Below, in pieces: positions 17,912 to 26,254 of a stretch of DNA of 64,000 nucleotides. The DNA comes from Bacteroidales bacterium. GTDB taxonomy: Bacteria > Bacteroidota > Bacteroidia > Bacteroidales > VadinHA17. The stretch lies in NCBI GenBank assembly GCA_035541795.1, contig DATKMR010000001.1:3532-67531 (forward strand), written 5' to 3'. Under the pieces are notes generated by a model. That model did no database searches, was not told the origin of the DNA, and saw nothing but the letters and a program-made list of their open reading frames with translations. Made by a program: the position numbers and the translations under genes. The first letter of the stretch is position 1. Every line of letters begins with the position of its first letter.

Positions 17912-19462
17912 TCAGAGCTTTTTCAGCAGTGACCTGAGACTAACTTTTTCAGCAATAATCTCCCTCAGGCTTGAAACAGGTACTCTTTCCTGTTCCATTG
18001 AATCGCGGTACCTGATGGTAACCGTATTATCCCCGAGGGTCTGGTGATCAATCGTTATACAATATGGTGTTCCTATTGCATCCTGGCGCCTGTATCTTCT
18101 GCCGATTGAATCCTTGTCGTCGTACTGGCAGTTAAAATCGAACTTGAGATCCCCAACTATCTTGTCTGCGATTTCAGGCAGGCCGTCCTTTTTTACGAGC
18201 GGCATTACGGCAAGCTTAACCGGTGCCAGGCAAGCCGGCAGCCTGAGGACAACCCTGGTATCTTTCGTTCCGTCTTCCCTGGTGAGCTCCTCCTCGGAAT
18301 AGGAAGCGGAAATGACCTGCAGGAACATCCTGTCGACGCCGATCGAAGTCTCGATCACGTAAGGAACATACGATTCGTTTTTCTCAGGATCAAAATACTG
18401 CATTTTCTTGCCGCTGTACTGCTGGTGCGACTTGAGGTCGAAATCTGTTCTAGAGTGAATTCCTTCCACTTCCTTGAACCCGAAGGGGAATTTGAATTCA
18501 ATGTCGCAGGCGGCGTTTGCATAATGTGCCAGTTTCTCATGGTCGTGGAACCTGTAATTTGCCGCCCCGAAACCAAGAGACTGGTGCCATTTCATCCTTG
18601 TCTCCTTCCAGTGCCTGAACCACTCAAGCTCGGTTCCGGGAGTAACGAAAAACTGCATCTCCATCTGCTCGAACTCCCTCATCCTGAAGATGAACTGGCG
18701 GGCAACGATCTCGTTCCTGAAGGCCTTGCCTATCTGGGCTATGCCAAAGGGAACCTTCATCCTGCCGCTTTTCTGTACGTTCAGGAAGTTCACGAAGATA
18801 CCCTGTGCTGTTTCGGGGCGCAGGTAGATCTTCATGGCCCCGTCGGCAGTTGATCCCATCTCTGTCGAGAACATAAGGTTGAACTGCCTTACATCGGTCC
18901 AGTTCCTTGTACCTGAAATCGGGCATACGATCTCGTTGTCGACGATTATCTGCTTAAGTTCGGCAAGGTTGGTCTCGTTCATCGCTTTCCGGAATCGTTC
19001 ATGAACCTCGTCCATCTTCGCCTGGTTTGCCATCACCCTCGGGTTCGTCTCCCTGAATTTTTTTTCATCAAAGGCTTCTCCGAACCTCTCCCTTGCCTTG
19101 TCAACCTCCTTTGTGATTTTTTCTTCGATTTTAGCGAGATGCTCCTCGATAAGCACATCGGCACGGTATCTTTTCTTGGAATCCTTGTTATCTATAAGCG
19201 GATCGTTGAATGCATCGACATGACCACTGGCTTTCCAGATTGTGGGGTGCATGAATATTGCAGAATCGATCCCGACGACGTTATCGTGCATAAGAACCGT
19301 GGAATCCCACCAGTACTTCTTGATATTGTTCTTCAGCTCGGCACCGTACTGGCCATAGTCGTAAACAGCACTAAGCCCGTCGTAAATTTCGCTCGACTGG
19401 AACACATAACCATATTCCTTGCAGTGCGATACCAGCTTTTTAAATGTATCTTCAAGAGCCAT
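17912..19462 (-). CDS. glyQS: Glycine--tRNA ligase (alpha2 homodimeric type)
   Basis: SEIYDGLSAVYDYGQYGAELKNNIKKYWW, RPETAQGIFVNF, GKAFRNEI, REFEQMEMQFF and IETSIGVDR. Start at MALEDTF (19462). Confidence 0.95.
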   Translation of the reverse strand: MALEDTFKKLVSHCKEYGYVFQSSEIYDGLSAVYDYGQYGAELKNNIKKYWWDSTVLMHDNVVGIDSAIFMHPTIWKASGHVDAFNDPLIDNKDSKKRYRADVLIEEHLAKIEEKITKEVDKARERFGEAFDEKKFRETNPRVMANQAKMDEVHERFRKAMNETNLAELKQIIVDNEIVCPISGTRNWTDVRQFNLMFSTEMGSTADGAMKIYLRPETAQGIFVNFLNVQKSGRMKVPFGIAQIGKAFRNEIVARQFIFRMREFEQMEMQFFVTPGTELEWFRHWKETRMKWHQSLGFGAANYRFHDHEKLAHYANAACDIEFKFPFGFKEVEGIHSRTDFDLKSHQQYSGKKMQYFDPEKNESYVPYVIETSIGVDRMFLQVISASYSEEELTREDGTKDTRVVLRLPACLAPVKLAVMPLVKKDGLPEIADKIVGDLKFDFNCQYDDKDSIGRRYRRQDAIGTPYCITIDHQTLGDNTVTIRYRDSMEQERVPVSSLREIIAEKVSLRSLLKKL

Positions 19463-19492
19463 AATGTTCTGAATTAGATTATAAACGGAAGG

Positions 19493-19500
19493 CAAAAGTA
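19493..19500 (-). promoter_or_regulatory. Bacteroidota -7 promoter box (TAnnTTTG)
   Basis: Reads TACTTTTG on the minus strand, 30 nt upstream of glyQS ATG 19462. Confidence 0.45.
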
Positions 19501-19583
19501 ATCGAAAATCTTAATTTTAGCAATCTGCAGCCCGACACGAAGAGAAGATATTGTATCTTTACAACCCAATTTGAATTAACGCC

Positions 19584-21167
19584 ATGAAGAAACGGACAGA
19601 CTTTCTTGTGATCGGGTCCGGTATAGCGGGTCTTAATTTTGCGCTTAAAGCAGCAAAATACGGCAAGGTATGTATTGTTACAAAATCCACCCTCGAAGAA
19701 TCAAATACCAGGTATGCGCAGGGGGGCATTGCTGCTGTATTTGCCGAGCCCGACAATTATGAAAAGCATGTCCAGGACACGCTCATAGCCGGCGACGGAT
19801 TCTGCAACGAGGAAGTGGTCAGGATGGTGGTGGAGGAGGCTCCGGAGAGAATCAAGGACCTGATAGACCTGGGAGTTTCATTCGATAAGAAACCCGACGG
19901 AACATACGACCTGGCGAGAGAGGGAGGACATACCGAGCACAGGATCCTGCATCATAAGGACAATACGGGTGAAGCTATTGAAAAAGTTCTGACCGAGAGG
20001 GTGAGGAAAAACAGGAATATCGAGATTTTTGAAAATCATTTTGCAATTGAGATACTTACCCAGCATCACCTGGGAGCAGAGATAAAGAAAAACTTCCCCG
20101 GGGTCAACTGTTTCGGTGCTTATGTTGCAGACCTGGTAAATCCTAAAGTCATTACCTTTCTTTCCAGGATAACCGTAATGGCGACAGGTGGGGCAGGTAA
20201 TGTCTACCAGACAACCACGAACCCTGAAATAGCTACCGGCGATGGAGTTGCTATGGTTTACAGGGCAAAGGGAGCGATTGAAAACATGGAGTTCATACAG
20301 TTCCATCCTACGTCACTTTATGATCCGAACAGCAGGCCATCTTTCCTTATAACAGAAGCTTTGAGAGGCTATGGGGCCGTACTGAAAAACCTGCGTGGCG
20401 AGAAGTTCATGAACAGGTACGACAGCAGGGGATCGCTTGCCCCGAGGGACATTACGGCAAGAGCCATCGACAACGAGATGAAAATATGGGGCGACGATCA
20501 TGTATGGCTCGACTGTACCCATCTTGAAGCCGATGGACTCAAATATCACTTCCCTAATATTTACGAACACTGCCTTACAAGGGGGGTAGACATTACAAAT
20601 GATATGATTCCTGTTGTTCCGGCGGTGCACTATTGCTGCGGAGGTATAAAGGTCGACCTCGACGGGCAGAGTACGATAAACCGTCTTTATTCCCTGGGCG
20701 AAGCGTCATCCACGGGGCTTCACGGCGCAAACCGCCTTGCTTCAAACTCCCTCATAGAAGCAGCAGTCTACTCGCACAGGGCAGCCATTCATGCCGGCGA
20801 ACGCCTGAAGGATCTCACGTTCGAGGAAAAAATCCCTGACTGGGATTACAAGGGAACAACCCATCTCGAGGAGATGGTCCTTGTTACCCAGAATTTCAGG
20901 GAGGTCCAGATGATTATGAGCAATTATGTCGGTATCGTCAGGTCCGATCTGAGGCTTGAAAGGGCCCTGACCAGGCTGGAGATCATCTACAAGGAGACCG
21001 AAAGCCTTTATAAGCGGTCCCTGATTTCAAAGAAGATATGCGAGCTGAGGAATCTTATAAATGTCGGATATATAATTATCAAGATGGCCAGGAACAGGAG
21101 GGAAAGCATAGGCCTTCATTATTCGATCGACTATCCCAAGAAAGCCACTTCAGGATCCGAATTCTGA
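19584..21167 (+). CDS. nadB: L-aspartate oxidase
   Basis: FAD motif VIGSGIAGL, YAQGGIAA, FIQFHPT, HYCCGGI and GLHGANRLASNSL. Confidence 0.93.
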   Translation: MKKRTDFLVIGSGIAGLNFALKAAKYGKVCIVTKSTLEESNTRYAQGGIAAVFAEPDNYEKHVQDTLIAGDGFCNEEVVRMVVEEAPERIKDLIDLGVSFDKKPDGTYDLAREGGHTEHRILHHKDNTGEAIEKVLTERVRKNRNIEIFENHFAIEILTQHHLGAEIKKNFPGVNCFGAYVADLVNPKVITFLSRITVMATGGAGNVYQTTTNPEIATGDGVAMVYRAKGAIENMEFIQFHPTSLYDPNSRPSFLITEALRGYGAVLKNLRGEKFMNRYDSRGSLAPRDITARAIDNEMKIWGDDHVWLDCTHLEADGLKYHFPNIYEHCLTRGVDITNDMIPVVPAVHYCCGGIKVDLDGQSTINRLYSLGEASSTGLHGANRLASNSLIEAAVYSHRAAIHAGERLKDLTFEEKIPDWDYKGTTHLEEMVLVTQNFREVQMIMSNYVGIVRSDLRLERALTRLEIIYKETESLYKRSLISKKICELRNLINVGYIIIKMARNRRESIGLHYSIDYPKKATSGSEF

Positions 21168-21172
21168 CATTA

Positions 21173-22159
21173 ATGAAGCACCTCTCTAATTCATTTACAG
21201 GAAAAAACGCCTTGTGGCGCTATGTGGTTCTTTTATCTGCAATATTCCTTTCAACCAATATAATCGGAGGAATCCCGGTTATAGTGGCCATGGTTATCAA
21301 ATCGTTTAACGATCCTGCAGCCATTACAAGTTTTTCGGCAAACACATCGAACTTCAGCCTGCTTGGCTTCGACCTTAACCTCACCCTGGTAATGATGCTC
21401 TTCCCTTTTCTTGTCGGACTGCTTACATTTATTTTACTTGTTAAACCGCTTCATTCAAGGACATTCAGGCAGACAATAACGGGCGCACCAGGGTTCAGAT
21501 GGTCGAGGGTTTTTGTTTCAGCTTTTCTATGGTTGATTCTTTCAGTCATCTATTTTGTAATATATAAGGCGGCAGAACCATCGAACTTCAGGCTTAACAA
21601 TTCCAGTATTACCCTGCTCTGGCTGGCCGTAATATCGGTTGTACTGATTCCTTTCCAGGCGCTTTTTGAAGAGGTGATATTCAGGGGATACCTTATCCAG
21701 GGATTCACATCCCTGTCGAAGAAGGTTGGCATCGGTTCACCCGCTTTGTTTTCGGTGATCGTCACATCGGTCCTTTTTGGTATTATGCATTCCTGGAACC
21801 CTGAGATCAGGGAATACGGGTTCTTTACCATGATACCGCAGTATATTCTATTCGGACTTTTATTCGGTCTTACAACAGTTTACGACGGGGGGATCGAGAT
21901 CGCTGCCGGGGCGCATGCCGCCAATAATGTTTTCCTGAGCGTTTTTATAACCAACTCTTCATCCGCTCTTCAGACCCCGGCGCTTTATGAGCAGATAAAT
22001 ATCAGGCCATGGGTTGAATTCTGGGCACTCGTTGTGACATCAGCTGTATTCTTCGCCGCAATGGCGCTGATATTTAAATGGAAGGATTTCAGCGGGCTGC
22101 TGAAGCCGGTAAAGGAAGAAAAGGCTTCAGACAGGGTAGACGGCAGTATGGTCATCTGA
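21173..22159 (+). CDS. CPBP-family intramembrane glutamic endopeptidase (CAAX protease / Abi-like)
   Basis: Polytopic protein. Motif 1 is EEVIFRGYL, motif 2 is FGIMHSWN, and motif 3 is HAANN. Start at MKHLSNS (21173), 5 nt after the nadB stop. Confidence 0.8.
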   Translation: MKHLSNSFTGKNALWRYVVLLSAIFLSTNIIGGIPVIVAMVIKSFNDPAAITSFSANTSNFSLLGFDLNLTLVMMLFPFLVGLLTFILLVKPLHSRTFRQTITGAPGFRWSRVFVSAFLWLILSVIYFVIYKAAEPSNFRLNNSSITLLWLAVISVVLIPFQALFEEVIFRGYLIQGFTSLSKKVGIGSPALFSVIVTSVLFGIMHSWNPEIREYGFFTMIPQYILFGLLFGLTTVYDGGIEIAAGAHAANNVFLSVFITNSSSALQTPALYEQINIRPWVEFWALVVTSAVFFAAMALIFKWKDFSGLLKPVKEEKASDRVDGSMVI

Positions 22160-23140
22160 CCTCACATCACCCCAGTTTTTACGGATATCTTCAAGCATCA
22201 TCCTGATTTCATCAGGGTCGGTTGTTGTTAGCAGTTTCAGCCTTGTCTCTTTGAAATGCGACAGACCTTTGAAGTAGTTTGAGAGATGGCGCCTCATTTC
22301 GAATATCCCTCGTGAACCGGTTTTATATGATAGAGATTCGTCGAGATGGATCAGGGCAAGATCCACCTTTTCGCTGACGGTCGGTTCGGGCAGCAGCTCA
22401 CCTGTGTCGAGAAAATGCCTGATGTCCCTGAATATCCAGGGCCGTCCTACGGTGGCCCGGCCGATCATTATTGCATCAACGCCATACCTGTCGAAATAAT
22501 CCTTTGCTTTTTCCGGACCGTCGATGTCGCCGTTACCGATTACGGGGATGTGCATCCTTGGGTTGTTCTTCACTTCACCGATCAGAGTCCAGTCGGCCGA
22601 ACCTTTATAAAGCTGCGACCTGGTGCGTCCATGTATTGTCAAAGCCTGTATCCCTGTATCCTGCAGCATTTCAGCCACCTCGACAATGTTCCGACTTTCG
22701 TCATCCCACCCGAGTCTCGTTTTGACTGTCACAGGCAGCTTAACTGCACCGACGATCGCCCTTGTCATTTCAAGCATCAGGGGAATATTCCTTAGCATAC
22801 CTGCTCCGGCGCCCCTGTTTGCTATTTTCTTCACCGGGCAGCCGAAGTTGATATCTATCAGGTCGGGGCCGGCAGCTTCAGCAATGTGAGCCGCCTCCAC
22901 CATGGCTTCAGTAAGATGCCCGTAAAGCTGGATGCCCATTGGTCTTTCGAAATCGAATATATCAAGCTTCCTTACACTTTTTTCCCCATCGCGGATAAGT
23001 CCGTCGGAAGAAATAAACTCAGTGTACATGAAATCGGCCCCGAATTTCTTGCAAACCTTCCGGAACGACGGATCGGTTATATCCTCCATTGGTGCCAGGA
23101 AAAGCGGCCTGTCCCTCAGTGTTATGTTCCCTATTTTCAA
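22127..23140 (-). CDS. dusB: tRNA-dihydrouridine synthase
   Basis: LAPMEDITDPSFRKVC, DINFGCPVKK, TVKTRLGWD, HGRTRSQ and GNGDI. Confidence 0.9.
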   Translation of the reverse strand: MKIGNITLRDRPLFLAPMEDITDPSFRKVCKKFGADFMYTEFISSDGLIRDGEKSVRKLDIFDFERPMGIQLYGHLTEAMVEAAHIAEAAGPDLIDINFGCPVKKIANRGAGAGMLRNIPLMLEMTRAIVGAVKLPVTVKTRLGWDDESRNIVEVAEMLQDTGIQALTIHGRTRSQLYKGSADWTLIGEVKNNPRMHIPVIGNGDIDGPEKAKDYFDRYGVDAIMIGRATVGRPWIFRDIRHFLDTGELLPEPTVSEKVDLALIHLDESLSYKTGSRGIFEMRRHLSNYFKGLSHFKETRLKLLTTTDPDEIRMMLEDIRKNWGDVRSDDHTAVYPV

Positions 23141-23168
23141 CGAGGTTTTATTAATCGGGGTTAATGTC

Positions 23169-23176
23169 TAACTTTG
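23169..23176 (+). promoter_or_regulatory. Bacteroidota -7 promoter box (TAnnTTTG)
   Basis: Reads TAACTTTG, 16 nt upstream of ATG 23193. Confidence 0.45.
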
Positions 23177-23179
23177 GCG

Positions 23180-23187
23180 CAAAATTA
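23180..23187 (-). promoter_or_regulatory. Bacteroidota -7 promoter box (TAnnTTTG)
   Basis: Reads TAATTTTG on the minus strand, 39 nt upstream of dusB ATG 23140. It sits back-to-back with the plus-strand box, 3 nt apart. Confidence 0.4.
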
Positions 23188-23192
23188 ATAAA

Positions 23193-24167
23193 ATGACCGA
23201 TATGGCCCGGTATATGAAATTTAATGATCAGCCGCCGCTACTCAGGCTGCTCATTGCCTTCAGTATCGTGGTTGTTGCCGGCACTCTGTTTTTCTGGTTT
23301 TTCCTTTATGCAGGTTCAGTGTTCATGGGTGTCACACCCGCGAGGATGATCCAGCTTCCCGGCGGGGTGGCCGATGAGCAGGCAGAGATAATTATTAAAT
23401 ATCTGCAGTTTTCCCAGCATGTAGGTGTCTTTCTGTTGCCTGCAATAATTACCGGATGGATGTTCAGCAGCAGGGGATTTTCTGTACTTGGACTTGGAAG
23501 ACACCCGTTACCTTCCGGCATTGTACTGGTTGTTCTTGCGGGATTAATAATAATACCTGTAATAGACTTTACTTCTGCAATCAATTCAAAACTGGTGCTG
23601 CACGGTTCACTTTCCGGAGTGCAGGAGTGGATAAGAGCCAGGGAAGACACTGCCTCGAAACTTACCGGTGTACTTGTCAGCTCCGAGGGAATGCCGTCGC
23701 TGCTGGTGAACTATTTTCTGATTGCAATCTTGCCTGCAATCAGCGAGGAGATGCTTTTCAGGGGTATTCTGCAGAAGTTGCTGAATGACCTGTTCAGGTC
23801 AGGTCATGCAGCAGTATGGGTTACAGCGATTATCTTCAGTTCAATTCATTTGCAGTTCTTTGGATTCCTTCCCAGGCTGATTCTCGGGTTGCTATTTGGA
23901 TACCTGTTTTACTGGAGCGGGAACCTGTGGTACCCGGTAACGGCACATTTTGTAAACAATGCAATTCCCGTGACAATTGCATATTTTTCCGGGAACAATC
24001 AGGTTACCGGAGCAGGGGAGGTGAAAAGCTTAAGCTTTCTCTTTATGGCCGGGGCATCTTCCGTGGTGGTGGCAGTAATACTTTATTTTTTCAGGAAACT
24101 CTATTCAGGAAATTCCGCAGCTCCTTCATCAGGAGCCACAGTATCGAATGCGGGAGACAATACCTGA
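23193..24167 (+). CDS. CPBP-family intramembrane glutamic endopeptidase (second copy)
   Basis: SEEMLFRGILQ, FSSIHLQF and HFVNN motifs in a polytopic protein, followed by a low-complexity Ser/Ala/Gly tail. Confidence 0.8.
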   Translation: MTDMARYMKFNDQPPLLRLLIAFSIVVVAGTLFFWFFLYAGSVFMGVTPARMIQLPGGVADEQAEIIIKYLQFSQHVGVFLLPAIITGWMFSSRGFSVLGLGRHPLPSGIVLVVLAGLIIIPVIDFTSAINSKLVLHGSLSGVQEWIRAREDTASKLTGVLVSSEGMPSLLVNYFLIAILPAISEEMLFRGILQKLLNDLFRSGHAAVWVTAIIFSSIHLQFFGFLPRLILGLLFGYLFYWSGNLWYPVTAHFVNNAIPVTIAYFSGNNQVTGAGEVKSLSFLFMAGASSVVVAVILYFFRKLYSGNSAAPSSGATVSNAGDNT

Positions 24168-24877
24168 TCCTGTTCCTCCCCGTTTTTCTCAAGTTCATTT
24201 TTTCTGAAGAAATAGACCAGCCCGTATTCTTCGCATTTCTTCCTTTTTTCAGCCTCGGGCAGTTCTGAAAAATGTGATTCGACGTCATTCCAGATATTCA
24301 GTATAAGGGCATCGGCTTCGTGCCTGAGTTCACTGTTCTTTGAAGAGTATTCAAGAGTTCTTTTTGTAATTGTTGCATGGAAGTTAAGGGCGTCGATATA
24401 TTGTTCGAACCTGACCTTTACCACGGCGATTGTGGGATTTGTTATCGGACTGCCTCCTTTTTTTATCCTGAATTCTTCACCTTCAATGATCCTCCTGCCC
24501 CAGCTGAGAAGTTCATTTTCAGTATTGAGGGCTGGTACGGTTGAGTCATTCGTGGCAATACCATAATAGGCCCTTGTTTCGGCCGGAAGGTCGCCCCTGT
24601 ATATTGCCATATTCATCACCCTTACAAAATGAGTGAGATAGATTCTCGCTTTCCTGACAATCTCGTTATAGCTTTTGCTTTTTTTATCACGCGAGGCCTG
24701 CGATTGTCTTTGAAGATGAATATTCTGTTCAAACTGCGGGAGAAATCTTTGAAGCTGCACAAGGCTCTTTGGCGAGAAGGCCAGCTTATGCGGAGGCATC
24801 TCCCTGCCGGTCTCAAGGGCTGTTTTAAGGGCCCTGATCCTGGCACTATCGGTGTTGGGCAGACGACGGTAAGGCAT
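24101..24877 (-). CDS. Hypothetical cytoplasmic protein (258 aa), function unknown
   Basis: A clean ORF with a protein-like, helix-rich composition (MPYRRLPNTDSARIRALKTALETG...). It has no signal peptide, no TM helix and no motif I recognise. Confidence 0.55.
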   Translation of the reverse strand: MPYRRLPNTDSARIRALKTALETGREMPPHKLAFSPKSLVQLQRFLPQFEQNIHLQRQSQASRDKKSKSYNEIVRKARIYLTHFVRVMNMAIYRGDLPAETRAYYGIATNDSTVPALNTENELLSWGRRIIEGEEFRIKKGGSPITNPTIAVVKVRFEQYIDALNFHATITKRTLEYSSKNSELRHEADALILNIWNDVESHFSELPEAEKRKKCEEYGLVYFFRKNELEKNGEEQDQVLSPAFDTVAPDEGAAEFPE

Positions 24878-25039
24878 TTCAGGATTGTTGAAAAACTGTT
24901 AATAACAGGTACGAATATAATGATATTTTGTTAATATCAAAGACTATTCGCAATTTTTATCGCTGAAAATGAGATAGCTGAAATTAAATGCAGAATATTA
25001 CCGACAGATACGGTAAGCTTGTGAATAACCTGACCCCGG

Positions 25040-25474
25040 TCAGAGGTTCTTTAGCTTTAATTCTTTCTTCCGGACCTTTTTTGCGAGCGACTGGATGGAT
25101 TCCTCCGATACCAGTTTGAAGATCTTTTTTCTTACCGGTGCATATTTCTCATGCAGGGGGCATGGATTATTTTCGTTGCAGTTTTTAAGACCAAACCCGC
25201 AACTTGAAAACGACCTGTTTCCTTCGACGGAAATAATCAGCCTTTCGAGGGTAAGATCCGATTTCCCGGTTTCAAAATAAAATCCCCCGCCCTTTCCCTT
25301 TACAGATTCCACAAATCCCGCCCTGACAAGCCTCTGCAGGATTTTAGCCGTGAAAAACTGTGGCGCTTCTATCTCCCTGGCTATCTCAATAGTCCCGGGC
25401 CGTTTCCCTTTCAGGTTCTGAAGCTGGACATACACCAGGCTTCTCAGGGCATACTGTGTCTCCTTGTTGAACAT
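25040..25474 (-). CDS. Rrf2-family transcriptional regulator (three-Cys Fe-S type, NsrR/IscR-like)
   Basis: N-terminal winged helix (TQYALRSLVYV...EIAREIEAPQFFTAKILQRLVRAGFVESVKGKGGG) and the Cys triad SSCGFGLKNCNENNPCPLH. Confidence 0.85.
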   Translation of the reverse strand: MFNKETQYALRSLVYVQLQNLKGKRPGTIEIAREIEAPQFFTAKILQRLVRAGFVESVKGKGGGFYFETGKSDLTLERLIISVEGNRSFSSCGFGLKNCNENNPCPLHEKYAPVRKKIFKLVSEESIQSLAKKVRKKELKLKNL

Positions 25475-25501
25475 AAAAGTGGCTAAAAATAATATTTACA
25501 A

Positions 25502-25509
25502 CAAAGCTA
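25502..25509 (-). promoter_or_regulatory. Bacteroidota -7 promoter box (TAnnTTTG)
   Basis: Reads TAGCTTTG on the minus strand, 27 nt upstream of Rrf2 ATG 25474. Confidence 0.45.
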
Positions 25510-25564
25510 AATAAAAATTATCAAAATACCAAAAGACCATATTGTCTTATAATGGATGTTTATA

Positions 25565-25572
25565 TATCTTTG
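25565..25572 (+). promoter_or_regulatory. Bacteroidota -7 promoter box (TAnnTTTG)
   Basis: Reads TATCTTTG, 40 nt upstream of ATG 25613. It lies inside the raw ORF's N-terminal extension, so it argues for the shorter gene. Confidence 0.45.
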
Positions 25573-25612
25573 CACCAGATTCATAAAAATATTTAAAATT
25601 ACGACAGACATT

Positions 25613-26161
25613 ATGAAAACTGCAACTGAGAATCTCGAAAATGATCATGTCTACATATTGCAGCTTATTGCCGTGATGGAAAAGATGACCAGGATTGATC
25701 CGCCGGAAACGGACCATATTGAGATGGTCGTTGATATAATCAGGAATTTTGCAGACGGGATACACCATGCCAAGGAAGAAAACCTGTTATTCAGGGAGCT
25801 TGGAAACAAGGGCCTTTCACCCCAGCAGGGACCCGTGGCCGTGATGCTTCACGAGCATGAAGAGGGCCGCAACCTCGTCAGGGGAATTGCAGATAATCTC
25901 AAGCGATATATGGAAGGTGAAAAAGGGGCGCTTATGCTTGTCTATTCCAGCATGCTGGGTTATTCCGGTCTGCTCCGGAACCATATTGCAAAAGAGAACA
26001 ATATCCTGTTCAGGATGGCCGACAGGGTGCTTTCATCTGAGGAGCAGGAGTCGCTTCTTGCGAAATTTGAACAGGTCGAAAACCCATCAGGGAAAGGCCT
26101 TAAAGCCACCGATTATGTGTCAATGGTACTTGAACTTGCTGCCAGATATCCCGCGGACTGA
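25613..26161 (+). CDS. Hemerythrin (HHE cation-binding) domain protein
   Basis: His/Glu ligand pattern: ENDHVYI, HHAKEENLLF, MLHEHEEGR and HIAKENNILF. Confidence 0.8.
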   Translation: MKTATENLENDHVYILQLIAVMEKMTRIDPPETDHIEMVVDIIRNFADGIHHAKEENLLFRELGNKGLSPQQGPVAVMLHEHEEGRNLVRGIADNLKRYMEGEKGALMLVYSSMLGYSGLLRNHIAKENNILFRMADRVLSSEEQESLLAKFEQVENPSGKGLKATDYVSMVLELAARYPAD

Positions 26162-26254
26162 AACTGACAAATAATTTTTATTATTGGTTGTTACATAATT
26201 TCAGGGTTATTACCTTAGTGCTTTTAAGTACCACGGTAATTTAACCCAGAAAAT

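Noticed and set aside
19463-19583. A leader RNA (T-box or other) upstream of glyQS and nadB. I also considered a TPP riboswitch upstream of dxs (59708-59866).
   Set aside because: The spacers are short, and the -7 boxes lie only 27-30 nt from the ATGs. No specifier or T-box sequence is present, and no CUGAGA/ACCUGA TPP core is present.
26162-26254. An imperfect 10-bp stem (GGTTATTACC ... GGTAATTTAACC) in the leader of the aminopeptidase gene.
   Set aside because: The stem is AT-rich, bulged and has a 20-nt loop. It resembles no riboswitch class I know and is probably fortuitous.
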